Part shown: positions 36,965 through 46,946 of the stretch, piece by piece
How positions within the stretch are numbered: the stretch's first letter is position 1
How the letters are laid out: the number at the start of each line of letters is the position of its first letter
Assembly (NCBI GenBank): GCA_964631965.1
Contig: CAZWAR010000006.1
Location: 1 to 55,349 of the forward strand
DNA from: an uncultured Gaiellales bacterium
GTDB lineage: Bacteria > Actinomycetota > Thermoleophilia > RBG-16-64-13
Length of the DNA stretch: 55,349 bases
Direction of reading: 5' to 3'
Position numbers and translations under genes: made by a program
The notes under the pieces: model-generated
The model's input: only the letters and a program-made list of their open reading frames with translations
Told to the model about the DNA's origin: nothing
Databases searched by the model: none

Positions 36965-38554
36965 TTACTTGAGCACACGGCCGATGAGACCTGACACTTC
37001 ATCCCCGCTCAGCGCCCCTTCTCGCAACACGATCGGCCCACCGCCCGACGCCAAAGGTCGTAGGTCGACCACCGTGGAAGCCACACCGGCCACCGCTGCC
37101 GAGCGGGGATCGGGAACGACGGCCGCCGAACAATGGGCCAGCACGAGAGGATCCACTTCGGCGGCGGTGGCCGGAGCCGGCAGACCGGTGAGGTTCGCGC
37201 TGGTCGCGGCAAGGGGCGCACCGACCGCGGTGAGCAGACGCAGGAGGTCGGGATGGTCGGGGATACGGACCCCGAGCGAATCCGGGGTCCCGACCAGTTC
37301 GGGGCGCGGCACCGCCGTGCCGACGACAAAGGTGTACGGACCGGGAAGCAGAGCCCCCAGAACCCGCACTGCAACCGGATCGAGATCGGGGAGCGAGGCC
37401 GTGATCGCCTCCACCGAGGGGAACAGGACGGCAACCGGTTGCTCCGGAGACCGTTGTTTGGCGGCGAACAACCGGCCGACACCCGAGACCGAGTCCCACT
37501 TGGCGGCGATGCCGTACACGGTGTCGGTGGGAAGGCCGACCGCAGCGCCTGAGTCGAGGGCGCGGCGCAGCGCGTGCGCCGTCGCGCCGTCCAGGGCGGA
37601 GGCAGAAAGGAGCGTCGCCCCGGGGAGGGTTGCTTCCACCATGCGGTCCTTGCGAGACAGGTCCCTGTGCACCGTCACCAGAACAAAGCCGGCCTCGCGA
37701 GCCAGGCGTTCCACATCTCCGGCCTGATCCTCCCCCATCTCGAGGAGCAGGGTACCGCCGGGCCGCAGTGCCCGCGCGGCGGCCGGCACCAGCCTCCGGT
37801 AGACAGCGAGCCCATCCGGCCCCCCGTCGAGAGCCGCCACCGGCTCGAACAGCCGTACGTCCGGAGCCAGGCCGGCGATGTCGCCGGAGCGCACATACGG
37901 CGGGTTGCTCACGACCAGGTCGAGCGTCCCGTCACCGACACCGGACAGCAGATCCCCCTCTCGGAGCTCCACCAGTCCGCCCGCTCCCACCGCCGCGACG
38001 TTGGCTTCCGCAACCGCCAGCGCTTCGGGGCTGGTGTCCACCCCCACCACCGCCACCCTGCCCTCCCGGGCCAGACTGACGGCGATGGCACCGCACCCGG
38101 TGCCTACATCGACGATCGTGGGCGGTCCGACGTCTCCCGCACCGTCTGCCGTCGGGGCCTCCCCGGCCGGTGCCGTCTCGCCCGTGCTCCGGGACAAGCT
38201 GCCCCACGCCGGGCGCCTCCGCAGGACCTCGAGGGCCAGCTCTACCAACTCTTCCGTCTCAGGGCGCGGGATCAGCACGCCCGGGCCGACCTGAAGGGTG
38301 AGATGCCTGAAGTGTGCCCGTCCGAGGATGTAGGCGACCGGCTCGTGCGCCGCCCGGCGGGCCACCAGCGCCCGGTATGCGGATACCTCGGCGGCCGTCA
38401 GCGGCCGGTCGTGTTGGATGTAGAGCCCGATGCGCTCCAGCCCCAGGCTCTCGGCAAGGAGCAGTTCGGCGTCGAGCCGGGGCGAGGAAGAGCCCTTTCC
38501 CCTGAGGTAGCCGGCGGCCGTGTCCAGGAGCCGGCCGATGGTCCAGGGTTCCAT
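36965..38554 (-). CDS. Fusion of release-factor glutamine methyltransferase PrmC and threonylcarbamoyl-AMP synthase TsaC/Sua5
   Basis: VLIPRPETE, DVGTGCG, SNPPY, GGPDGL; then PTDTVYG, KQR, GVRIPD, TSAN in one frame. Confidence 0.9.
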   Translation of the reverse strand: MEPWTIGRLLDTAAGYLRGKGSSSPRLDAELLLAESLGLERIGLYIQHDRPLTAAEVSAYRALVARRAAHEPVAYILGRAHFRHLTLQVGPGVLIPRPETEELVELALEVLRRRPAWGSLSRSTGETAPAGEAPTADGAGDVGPPTIVDVGTGCGAIAVSLAREGRVAVVGVDTSPEALAVAEANVAAVGAGGLVELREGDLLSGVGDGTLDLVVSNPPYVRSGDIAGLAPDVRLFEPVAALDGGPDGLAVYRRLVPAAARALRPGGTLLLEMGEDQAGDVERLAREAGFVLVTVHRDLSRKDRMVEATLPGATLLSASALDGATAHALRRALDSGAAVGLPTDTVYGIAAKWDSVSGVGRLFAAKQRSPEQPVAVLFPSVEAITASLPDLDPVAVRVLGALLPGPYTFVVGTAVPRPELVGTPDSLGVRIPDHPDLLRLLTAVGAPLAATSANLTGLPAPATAAEVDPLVLAHCSAAVVPDPRSAAVAGVASTVVDLRPLASGGGPIVLREGALSGDEVSGLIGRVLK

Positions 38555-38597
38555 GGGCTTCAGCAGATCATTTCCCTGACGCCCGCACGCCGCGGCG

Positions 38598-39674
38598 TCA
38601 GATCTGGGCAGCGGCGAGCTGTTCGGCCCGTTCCTGCGCGCGCAGGGCCTCGGTGAACTCGTCCAGGTCGCCCTGCAAAACGGCTTCCAGGCGGTGCGAG
38701 GTGAGACCGATACGATGATCGGTCACCCGGCCCTGTGGGAAGTTGTATGTCCTCACCTTCTGGGCCCGGTCGCCCGTACCCACCTGGCTACGTCTCTGGG
38801 CAGCGACGGCCGCGTCCTGCTCGGCCTGGGCCAAGTCGAAAAGGCGAGCCCGCAGGATCTGGAAGGCCCGTTCCTTGTTCTGCAACTGAGACTTCTCGTC
38901 TTGACAGGAGACCACCAGTCCCGACGGGATGTGCGTGAGCCGAACGGCCGAATCGGTCGTGTTGACCGACTGCCCGCCCGGTCCCGTGGACCGGTAGACG
39001 TCCACTCGAACATCGCCCGGATCGATATGTATCTCCACCTCCTCGACCTCGGGCAACACTGCGACGGTGGCGGTGGAGGTATGGATGCGCCCCGTGGACT
39101 CGGTCACGGGAACCCGCTGTACCCTGTGCACGCCCGATTCGTACTTGAGCGTGCCGTAGGCGCCCTTGCCCTTGACTTCGAAGATGACCTCCTTGATACC
39201 CCCCAGCCCGGCTTCGGTAGTGGAGAGGATGGTGGTCTTGAAGCGGTGACGTTCAGCATAGCGCATGATCATTCGCTGGAGCTCCGCCGCAAACAGGGCC
39301 GCCTCATCGCCCCCCGCCCCCGCCCTCACCTCGACGATGGCGTTCTTCTCGTCGCGAGGATCCTTCTCGAGAACCGCGAGACGAAGTTCGTGCTCGAGCG
39401 TTTCCAGTTTCTCGCGTGCCGAGTTCCTCTCCTCGAGCAGAAACTCCTTCATCTCCTGGTCGAGGCCGCCTTCCTCCAGCATAGCCTCGGCCTCCTCGAG
39501 CGAGGCGCGTGTGTGCCGGTAGTCGAGCGCGAGCCGGTGGGCCTCGCCCAGATCGGCGTGGGCCTTCGATATCTCAGCGTACCGCGCCTGGTCACGCAGA
39601 ACGTCGCCATCGGCGAGTTGTTCCGTCAGCGCGGCGTATTTCTCTTCTATCTCTCGGGCAAGACGCTCGATCAT
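38598..39674 (-). CDS. prfA: Peptide chain release factor 1
   Basis: VQRVPVT (PxT), GPGGQSVN, RTYNFPQ. Confidence 0.97.
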   Translation of the reverse strand: MIERLAREIEEKYAALTEQLADGDVLRDQARYAEISKAHADLGEAHRLALDYRHTRASLEEAEAMLEEGGLDQEMKEFLLEERNSAREKLETLEHELRLAVLEKDPRDEKNAIVEVRAGAGGDEAALFAAELQRMIMRYAERHRFKTTILSTTEAGLGGIKEVIFEVKGKGAYGTLKYESGVHRVQRVPVTESTGRIHTSTATVAVLPEVEEVEIHIDPGDVRVDVYRSTGPGGQSVNTTDSAVRLTHIPSGLVVSCQDEKSQLQNKERAFQILRARLFDLAQAEQDAAVAAQRRSQVGTGDRAQKVRTYNFPQGRVTDHRIGLTSHRLEAVLQGDLDEFTEALRAQERAEQLAAAQI

Positions 39675-40723
39675 GTGAGAGCCAGCGCTTCTTTCTGGGC
39701 GGCGACCTCAGCCTCGTCGAGGGCGATGACCTCCTCAAGCGCGGCCGCCGCCACCTCGAGTTGGGCTAGCGATGGTTCGCGCGTGGTGAGACGCTGGAGT
39801 TGGATACCGGGCCAGAGGACGATCCGTGCCCATAGCCGCTTGGATCTTCCCGCCCACTTGATACCTATCTCGTAGCCAATCCCCACGATGATGGGGATGC
39901 CGATGACCCGTGACAGCACCAGCAGCGGCACGCTCGGCTTGCCGACGACCGCGAACAGGAACACCGCGATCACGAAGACGAGTAGCAGAAAACCGGTGCC
40001 GCAGCGCGGATGCCGGGTGGAGAACTTCCGAGCGAACTCGGGGTCAGGACGGCCGCAGGCCTCGTATGCATGGATGAGCTTGTGCTCCGCACCGTGGTAC
40101 TCGAAGACCTTGCGAAGATCGGGGATGAGGCTCACCCCGAAGAGATACAGGATGAAGATCACCAGCCGGATGATCCCCTCGACGAGGTTGAAAAGGAAGG
40201 GATTGGCGAACGTCTCCTCGAACTGCTTGACCACCACGAGCGGCACGACGATGAACAGGGCCACGGCCAGACCGACGGCCACGGTGACCGTGACCGCCAT
40301 CTGCTTCCATCCGAAAGCGGGCGGCTCCTCGTCCACCTCCACCACCGGGGAAGAGACCCCCTCGCCGGCCTCGGCCAGCTTGGCCTCAGCCACCTTCCTA
40401 CGCTCCTCGGCTTCGGCCTCGGCGAGGCCCTCCAGGCTGATGTTGGCCGACAGCCCCAATGCCTTGATGCCCAGGCTCAGCGATTCGTAGAGAGCCACGA
40501 TCCCCCGGATGACCGGGACACGCAGAACCTTGTTCTTCGCCCCAGCCGGCGGCAGCGGATAGGCGACGCGGGCGATGTCGCCGGAAGGGCGCCGAACGGC
40601 CACTCCCCACGAGTGGCGTCCGCGCATCATCACTCCCTCTATGACCGCCTGGCCGCCGAAGGCGTGATCGTGGGCCGCACAGGCTTGCGGCTGTCCTTGT
40701 CTCGTTTCGTTGCGTACTGTCAC
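39671..40723 (-). CDS. DUF1385 (YqhQ-like) membrane protein
   Basis: GGQAVIEGVMMR, YHGAEHK, HPRCGT, QRLTTREP. Confidence 0.9.
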   Translation of the reverse strand: MTVRNETRQGQPQACAAHDHAFGGQAVIEGVMMRGRHSWGVAVRRPSGDIARVAYPLPPAGAKNKVLRVPVIRGIVALYESLSLGIKALGLSANISLEGLAEAEAEERRKVAEAKLAEAGEGVSSPVVEVDEEPPAFGWKQMAVTVTVAVGLAVALFIVVPLVVVKQFEETFANPFLFNLVEGIIRLVIFILYLFGVSLIPDLRKVFEYHGAEHKLIHAYEACGRPDPEFARKFSTRHPRCGTGFLLLVFVIAVFLFAVVGKPSVPLLVLSRVIGIPIIVGIGYEIGIKWAGRSKRLWARIVLWPGIQLQRLTTREPSLAQLEVAAAALEEVIALDEAEVAAQKEALALT

Positions 40724-40907
40724 GTGTCCGGATCTCCTGTCACGCCGACAAGATTCTTGTGCCTAGAGGCCCCCGGAACATGAGCTCCGGCCTTCGGAGC
40801 GTACCGGGCGGCACGATAGCGTGTCCTCGATCGCGCCAACAGCGCTTCTATTCGCGCTCCCTGCGCCCTTCTCTCGCCGGTACCCATCGTGCTCCGGTCG
40901 TGAGGCG

Positions 40908-41636
40908 TCACCCCCGGGCAGCCTCGATGGCCTCTTCTGTATATGGTCGGCCGCAGGACATCTTTCCTTCAGGGCATCCACCGGTCATGCAACCCGGGCC
41001 GGTCCCTTCGAACAACAGCGGAGCGGCAGTGAGAACCAGCCCGCGCATGGTCCAGGCGAGCCGGTTGATCTCCCATTGAGCCCGCCGGCAACACCGGAGC
41101 GCGAAGAAGTGCCGCAGTTCGCGGGCGTTCATCGTCACCACGATCTTCGTCTCCGCCGCATTGGGGAGCACGAACCGGGCGTCCTCGAACACGGATTCGT
41201 TACCCCGCCCCTCGGCCAGCCCCAACTCCACCAGACGCTCGTACGAGTTCCGCGCATTCTCCATGGCCTCGAGAAAGACTTGGGCTGCCGCTGGATTGGC
41301 CGCGATGCTGGGTGGCATGATGAAGTCGCCGCTCGAGGCGAACCGGACGTAACGCTGAGACTGCTGGCTGTACGAGGCCACCCGGTGACGCACCAACTGG
41401 TGCGAGCACGCGCGGGAGATGCCATCCACCGCAAACGTGAAGCTGGCGTGCTCCAGCGCACTGTGGTGCCCCGAGCGCACCAAGCCGCGTACCAGACGCC
41501 GCACATCGTCCTCGGCCATCTCGGTCTTGAGCTCGGCCGCACTGACGGGCGCATAGCACAGCCGCCCCGCGGAAGCCACTGCACGTTCCGGGGACGGGGT
41601 GGACTGGAGAAGCGTTACCTTGAGTTCGGCAGGCAC
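40908..41636 (-). CDS. thyX: Flavin-dependent thymidylate synthase
   Basis: GHHSALEH, QLVRHRVASYSQQSQRY, ARFVLP, MNARELRHF. Confidence 0.96.
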   Translation of the reverse strand: MPAELKVTLLQSTPSPERAVASAGRLCYAPVSAAELKTEMAEDDVRRLVRGLVRSGHHSALEHASFTFAVDGISRACSHQLVRHRVASYSQQSQRYVRFASSGDFIMPPSIAANPAAAQVFLEAMENARNSYERLVELGLAEGRGNESVFEDARFVLPNAAETKIVVTMNARELRHFFALRCCRRAQWEINRLAWTMRGLVLTAAPLLFEGTGPGCMTGGCPEGKMSCGRPYTEEAIEAARG

Positions 41637-41648
41637 GACCGACGAAGG

Positions 41649-41861
41649 TTACTTCGTCTTCTCGGGACGCCGGTACTTCTTGTTGAACCTCTCCACCCGG
41701 CCGGCGGTGTCGACCAGTTTCTGCTTGCCGGTATAGAACGGATGACAAGCAGCGCAGACCTCCACCTTGATCTCAGGCAGGGTCGAGCGGGTGGTGAACG
41801 TCGAACCGCAGGAGCAAACGACCTTGCTCTCCGCGTACTTCGGATGAATGCCTTCCTTCAC
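41649..41861 (-). CDS. rpmE: 50S ribosomal protein L31, zinc-binding type
   Basis: [22 protein letters not shown]; GTG 41861 after GGAGG. Confidence 0.95.
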   Translation of the reverse strand: MKEGIHPKYAESKVVCSCGSTFTTRSTLPEIKVEVCAACHPFYTGKQKLVDTAGRVERFNKKYRRPEKTK

Positions 41862-42108
41862 AGTGCCTCCAATGACACGGTACTCGATCTGAGAAGCCCA
41901 AAAGGGGACCGATATGATACCACGGCAGGCTCCGGTCGGCGCCTTAGAGGACACCCGCTCGGAGCCTTCCCTTCGACGAGCGGTCGCCGGCCATCTCCTG
42001 GCCGTCTTGCCGCAACCTTCATCTCGCCGATTCGTTCCAAGAGACGGCAGCGGCGCCGGTCGCAATGCGCGCGGCACCACCACGATTCGAAGAAAGCGAG
42101 GGCGCAAG

Positions 42109-42576
42109 GTGGGTAGGAGGATACTGTTGTTGCTGGGCTCCACAGCCGTCATCGCCTTGGTGGTGGTCGGAGCCGCCTTTGCAGTCGGCGGCTTGGCGCC
42201 GAGTGAACCCGCGACAACCTCGAGCACGTACGCGGCCGAGACCGACGTCAATACGGCAGACACCGATACAACCCTGGCAGCCCCTGACGCTGCCACCCTC
42301 GAAGACGAGGGCGACCCCACGACGATTCTTGAAGACGAGGAGACCGCCCCCCCCGGTGACGAAGGCGACACCACCGACTCCTCGTACGCCCACCCCGACA
42401 ACTTCGGCGGCACCATATCCTCGCTCCGCCACGACGGAGACCATACCCCTGCCGCGGTGGTGAAGGGGAAGGACGTGCCCGGCTGGACGAAGAAGCACCC
42501 GGTCACCTCGACAACGGCGCCGGCAGAGGGGAATACTGCGACCGACGAGGGGGATGCGACGCCGGCAGAGGGCTGA
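42109..42576 (+). CDS. Hypothetical exported acidic Thr/Asp/Glu-rich protein
   Basis: Signal/TM segment [23 protein letters not shown] then low-complexity body; followed by a terminator; start set at GTG 42109. Confidence 0.7.
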   Translation: MGRRILLLLGSTAVIALVVVGAAFAVGGLAPSEPATTSSTYAAETDVNTADTDTTLAAPDAATLEDEGDPTTILEDEETAPPGDEGDTTDSSYAHPDNFGGTISSLRHDGDHTPAAVVKGKDVPGWTKKHPVTSTTAPAEGNTATDEGDATPAEG

Positions 42577-42608
42577 GTGGGCCCGCTCCCAGGTCTGTTG
42601 TGGAACCT

Positions 42609-42643
42609 ATCAGGCCGGCTTCGCAGCCGGCCTGATTCGTTTT
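42609..42643. terminator. Intrinsic terminator between convergent genes
   Basis: ATCAGGCCGGCT-TCGC-AGCCGGCCTGAT followed by TCGTTTT. Confidence 0.75.
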
Positions 42644-43975
42644 CTACCCTTTCTCCAGCGAGGCTCGCGCAGCCGCCACAGCTTCCTCAGTGGTCGTGAC
42701 CTCACCGGCCTCCCAGGCCAGCCTGGCAGCGCGCAGGGCCTTCCCCACCAGAGGCCCCGGTTCCAGCTGCAGCTCAGTCATGAGGGCCTGTCCCCCCACA
42801 GGAAGGGGAGCCGCCTCACACGACTCTCGCCGGGCCCACAGAGCCATCAGCGCTTGTGCGGCCTTCAACCCCCCTGCACCGCCGTCGCCCCTGGCTGTTC
42901 GATCCCGGAGGCTAAGCGCCGAGTCGAGGAGTATGACCTCTGCCTCCCACGGCGCGGCAGCCCACAGGTAGAGCACGGCCTCACGACCCGGAGCGTGGGT
43001 GGGCGTCGCCGGCGCGGGAGGGGCCCCGCAGGCCGCCACTCGGGCCGCAGTCTGGATGAGCGACATTAGCGGGTTCGAAAGCTTGAGCCGCCGACCCGCC
43101 GCGGCCGCCCGGACGGGACCGGCCTGCCGGAACAACGCGGCCAATCTCAAGGCCGTCGGCCTGCGCACCGCCCCGTCGACAGCTCGAGCCAGTCGGCACT
43201 CGAGAGCGTCTCCCGACTGGGGAAAGACACCGGCGGGCGCGTGAAGTATCTCTTCGAGCCGGTCCAGCTGGATGAACAGGCCGTGTGCATCGCCGGGCTC
43301 GATCTCCGGCGCCACTGCCTCCAGCAACCCCAAGCCCCGCCACAATCGGGCGGCATCACCGGACCTCGCCGCGTCGAACGTGAGCACCATCTCACCGGCG
43401 ATCCGCTCCGCGGCGGCCGCCCGGATCAAGCCCGCGCATGCCCGCACGGCGTTCCGAAGTTCCGGGTCTATGTCCAAGCGGAGCACGTGGGCGAAACGCG
43501 CGGCGCGCATCAACCGGAGGGGGTCGTCCTCGAAGATGCGCCCGGATACTGCCGCCAAGCGGCGGGCGCGCAGATCGCGGAGACCACCGAACGGATCCAC
43601 CGCGGCGCCGAGCACACCCTGGGCACCGATCGGCTGAGCCACGGCATTGATGGTGAAGTCCCGCTCGCCCAGGTCGGTAAGGATGTCGTCGCCTCGCACT
43701 GCGGCTACATCCAGGTGTGCCACCTCACCCACCACCCGATAGGCCCGATGCTCTTCGGATAGGGTGAACCAGGGGACGCGCAGACGCTCAGCCGCATCCT
43801 GTGCGACCGAACCAGCGTCGCCTGTGACCACCACGTCGATGTCCGGCGAGAACCGGTCGAGTTCCCGGTCGCGGACGCTGCCGCCCACCAGCCAGCCCTG
43901 GGCTCCCTTCTCGCGAAGGACCGCGGCGATGACCGCCAGCATCCTGTCGGCCCCCTTGGTCCTCAGGCCGGGCAT
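42644..43975 (-). CDS. Class II tRNA nucleotidyltransferase, probably CC-adding type
   Basis: [39 protein letters not shown]; flexible loop missing. Confidence 0.85.
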   Translation of the reverse strand: MPGLRTKGADRMLAVIAAVLREKGAQGWLVGGSVRDRELDRFSPDIDVVVTGDAGSVAQDAAERLRVPWFTLSEEHRAYRVVGEVAHLDVAAVRGDDILTDLGERDFTINAVAQPIGAQGVLGAAVDPFGGLRDLRARRLAAVSGRIFEDDPLRLMRAARFAHVLRLDIDPELRNAVRACAGLIRAAAAERIAGEMVLTFDAARSGDAARLWRGLGLLEAVAPEIEPGDAHGLFIQLDRLEEILHAPAGVFPQSGDALECRLARAVDGAVRRPTALRLAALFRQAGPVRAAAAGRRLKLSNPLMSLIQTAARVAACGAPPAPATPTHAPGREAVLYLWAAAPWEAEVILLDSALSLRDRTARGDGGAGGLKAAQALMALWARRESCEAAPLPVGGQALMTELQLEPGPLVGKALRAARLAWEAGEVTTTEEAVAAARASLEKG

Positions 43976-43989
43976 CGTCCGGACCCGAG

Positions 43990-44394
43990 CTACTTACCGA
44001 AATGCTGCCCGCTCCCGCTCTTCAGCTTGCGGAGGCGGCGGTTGTAGGTGAACTTGTCGGTGAAGTAGACGATGAAGGTGAAGACCACGAACCCGATGAC
44101 GGCGATCAGCAGTGAGCCCCACACGTTCGAGGAGGGGTTTCCATTGGCGTCCTTGGGGACCCACAGGTACTGGATCATCACGAAATAGAGGACCGCCAGG
44201 ACGGCCGCAAAGATGAGCGCTCGGCGCCAGCTGGGCGGCTTGAGCCCTCTGGTTCCTTGCTGCGTCTTCGCCCTTGTTTTCTGACTCTTGCTGCTGTACT
44301 TGCCGCCCGTCGGCCTGGTTCTGGCCGTCGTCGCCGAAGGCTTCGCCTTGGGAAAGGCCTCGCGGGCCGCTCTGCGTGTTGCTTTCTTAGACAT
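43990..44394 (-). CDS. Hypothetical membrane protein, Lys/Arg-rich N-terminus and two TM helices
   Basis: Basic N-terminus and two hydrophobic segments; GGAGAG SD-like sequence. Confidence 0.7.
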   Translation of the reverse strand: MSKKATRRAAREAFPKAKPSATTARTRPTGGKYSSKSQKTRAKTQQGTRGLKPPSWRRALIFAAVLAVLYFVMIQYLWVPKDANGNPSSNVWGSLLIAVIGFVVFTFIVYFTDKFTYNRRLRKLKSGSGQHFGK

Positions 44395-44434
44395 TCTCTC
44401 CGCCGGATCTTGTACTGTCTCGTGACCGTGCAGG

Positions 44435-44899
44435 TCACGCTTTCTTCTGGGCGATGGCCCGGACGATGTCGCCCCGGGTCACTATGCCGACGAGCCTCCC
44501 GTCCTGCGTCACCGGCAGACGGTTGACGTTACGGTTCGCCATCAGTGTCGCGACTTCCCGTACTGTCTCGTCCGGAGGGACCGAGACCACGTCTTTCGTC
44601 ATGATCTCGGATACCTTCGATCCGAACGCTCTGCGGAAGCGCTCCTCGAACTTGTGGACGCTTTCCAGATAGATGACACTCTCGAGGAACTGGACGTAGT
44701 AGGGGAAGTGCAGGTCCGCATCCTGTACGATGACGTCGGCTTCGCTGACCATCCCCAGCACCCGATCCCGGTCGTCAACCACGGGCACGCCGCTGATCTT
44801 GTTCTTAGCTAGTATATCCGCCAATTCGCGCACCGTCGTGTCCGGCTTGGCCGTGATGACCGGAGTGGTCATGATGTCGCGCACTTTCAGCTCGTCCAC
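44435..44899 (-). CDS. CBS-pair protein
   Basis: VRDIMT, ISGVPVVD, VNRLPV, GIVTRGDI. Confidence 0.9.
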   Translation of the reverse strand: MDELKVRDIMTTPVITAKPDTTVRELADILAKNKISGVPVVDDRDRVLGMVSEADVIVQDADLHFPYYVQFLESVIYLESVHKFEERFRRAFGSKVSEIMTKDVVSVPPDETVREVATLMANRNVNRLPVTQDGRLVGIVTRGDIVRAIAQKKA

Positions 44900-46944
44900 G
44901 AAGGTCTCCTCTCGTAGATCCGGCCGGCAAGGACTGCCGGGATGAGTTCAACCAGGTCGCCGGACATCAGCCCCTGGGGATCGGTCGCGGCTCCCAACCT
45001 GCCGGCTTCAGCGTGGAGCCAGCCGCCGGCATACGCGGCTTCGAACGGTTCGAGCCCCTTGGACAGCAGCGCCCCGATGATACCGGACAGCGCATCTCCG
45101 GTGCCCGCTGAGGCCAGTTGGGGCGGGCCCTGTACGATCGCCCGCACGTCCCCAGAGGGCCCCGCCACCAGGGTGGATGATCCCTTCAGCAGGACCGCCT
45201 GGCCGGTGACCGCCGCCGCGCGCCGCGCGGCGGCCAGATGCTCCTTCACCACGTCTCCCGTCCGCTCGCCGAGTAACGTGGCCAACTCACCGGCATGGGG
45301 GGTGAGCACCAGGTTCGAACGCCCACGCAACGCCTCCGCCTGTCCGGAGAAGGCGACCAATCCGTCCGCATCCAATACACAGGGCACCTGGCTCTCCAGG
45401 ATCACCCTGCGCACGGCTGCGGACGTGGCCGGGTCGCGACCCAAGCCGGGGCCACAGACAAGCGCGCCCAAGCGGTCGTCATCGACAATCTTCAGCGTCC
45501 GTCCAGCGTCGTCGAGGATGTCCCCGTCGCCGATCTCCTCCAAGACGGTCTCCACCAGCCGACTGCGCATCGGACCGGCGGCGCCGGCCGGCATAAGCAG
45601 GCGGACGTATCCTGCACCGGTACGATAGGCAGCCTGCGACGCCAGCCATGCGGCGCCCGGATAGGCTGCGGAGCCCGCCAGCACGGCCACGTAGCCGGCC
45701 CGGTACTTGTGATCGTCCGCCCGGCGTCCGGGGATGTTCACGTCCTCGTCCGTCACCACCCAGAGGTCGGGTTCGGGCTCTAGCGACTGCGGTATTCCGA
45801 TGTCCCATACGACGATCTGCCCCGCCGCCTCCGAACCCGGTGGGCAGATCAGCCCGGTCTTGGCCGAGTGAAAGGTGACGGTGATGTCAGCGGCCACGCA
45901 GCCGCTGGCGATGGTCCCGGTTCCGGCATCGACGCCGGTGGGAACGTCGACCGCGACCACCGGGAGGCCGCGCGCCCCGGCCTCGTTGATCTTCGCGGCC
46001 CATTCCGCCACCCGGCCCCTGAGCTCCCCGGTCGCTCCCGTGCCGAGCAGGCAATCGACGACCACCTCGGTCTCATCCCACAGGTAGTCGGGGACGTCAT
46101 CGACACGCAGGTTGACCCCCGCCCGCTCGGCCGCGCTGTAGTTGAGAGCCGCATCAGGCGAGAGATCGGCCGGAGAAGCGGCCGCGACCACGCAGGCCAC
46201 CGGATGCCCTGCCAGGTGCATGTGGCGGGCGGCAGCCAGGCCGTCACCGCCATTGTTGCCCCGCCCGCACACCACCAAGGTGTGTCGACCGGGGAATCGA
46301 CCCAGCACGAGCGAGCTCACTCCGAGCGCTGCGCGCTCCATCAGTACAGACCCGGGCACGCCGATGTCCTCGATGGTGGTCCGGTCCAACTCCCGCATCT
46401 GGGCAGGAGTGAACACCGCCGGGCGTTCGAAGACGGTGCTTCCCCAGCGCGCCGGGGCCCCGCCGGCTATACCCGACAGGCCTCCTGGCAGACCGTCGGG
46501 CGTCATGGTCGGGTCGTCGGACCCGCCGGTACCAAAGACGTCGTAGACACCGTCCATCTCGCCACCTCCCCGCGGGCGCGCGACGACAGCCACGAACGCG
46601 CCCGCGACCGAATCCACGTGCGACAGCGATACCTCGAGGCCGGTGATGCCCAACGCGGCCGCCGCCTCCGCGGTGCGCCCGCGCAGTCTCACCCGGGCGG
46701 GCCCCCGTTCGGGCAGATCCGCGAGCACCTCGATCTCCTGCCACGATACGATGCCTGTACCCAAAAGTTTACCAATCGCCTCTTTGGCGGCGAACCGCGC
46801 TGCGAAATGGAGCAGCGGCTTCGCGCGGGCGCGGCAATAGTCGATCTCCCCGGTCGTGAAGAGACGTGACTCCAGCGCGGGATGCCGCTCGAAAGCCTGT
46901 CGGAAGCGGGCGATCTCGACGAGGTCCAGCCCGACCGGGGCCAC
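44887..46944 (-). CDS. Triple fusion: holo-ACP synthase AcpS, NAD(P)HX epimerase NnrE and dehydratase NnrD
   Basis: GLDLVEIARF, AARFAAKEA, SLSH; LMERAA, GRGNNGGDG, DCLLGTG; GPGLG, LDADGL, TPHAGE, AGTGD; no stop between domains. Confidence 0.88.
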   Translation of the reverse strand: MAPVGLDLVEIARFRQAFERHPALESRLFTTGEIDYCRARAKPLLHFAARFAAKEAIGKLLGTGIVSWQEIEVLADLPERGPARVRLRGRTAEAAAALGITGLEVSLSHVDSVAGAFVAVVARPRGGGEMDGVYDVFGTGGSDDPTMTPDGLPGGLSGIAGGAPARWGSTVFERPAVFTPAQMRELDRTTIEDIGVPGSVLMERAALGVSSLVLGRFPGRHTLVVCGRGNNGGDGLAAARHMHLAGHPVACVVAAASPADLSPDAALNYSAAERAGVNLRVDDVPDYLWDETEVVVDCLLGTGATGELRGRVAEWAAKINEAGARGLPVVAVDVPTGVDAGTGTIASGCVAADITVTFHSAKTGLICPPGSEAAGQIVVWDIGIPQSLEPEPDLWVVTDEDVNIPGRRADDHKYRAGYVAVLAGSAAYPGAAWLASQAAYRTGAGYVRLLMPAGAAGPMRSRLVETVLEEIGDGDILDDAGRTLKIVDDDRLGALVCGPGLGRDPATSAAVRRVILESQVPCVLDADGLVAFSGQAEALRGRSNLVLTPHAGELATLLGERTGDVVKEHLAAARRAAAVTGQAVLLKGSSTLVAGPSGDVRAIVQGPPQLASAGTGDALSGIIGALLSKGLEPFEAAYAGGWLHAEAGRLGAATDPQGLMSGDLVELIPAVLAGRIYERRPSWTS

Positions 46945-46946
46945 AG

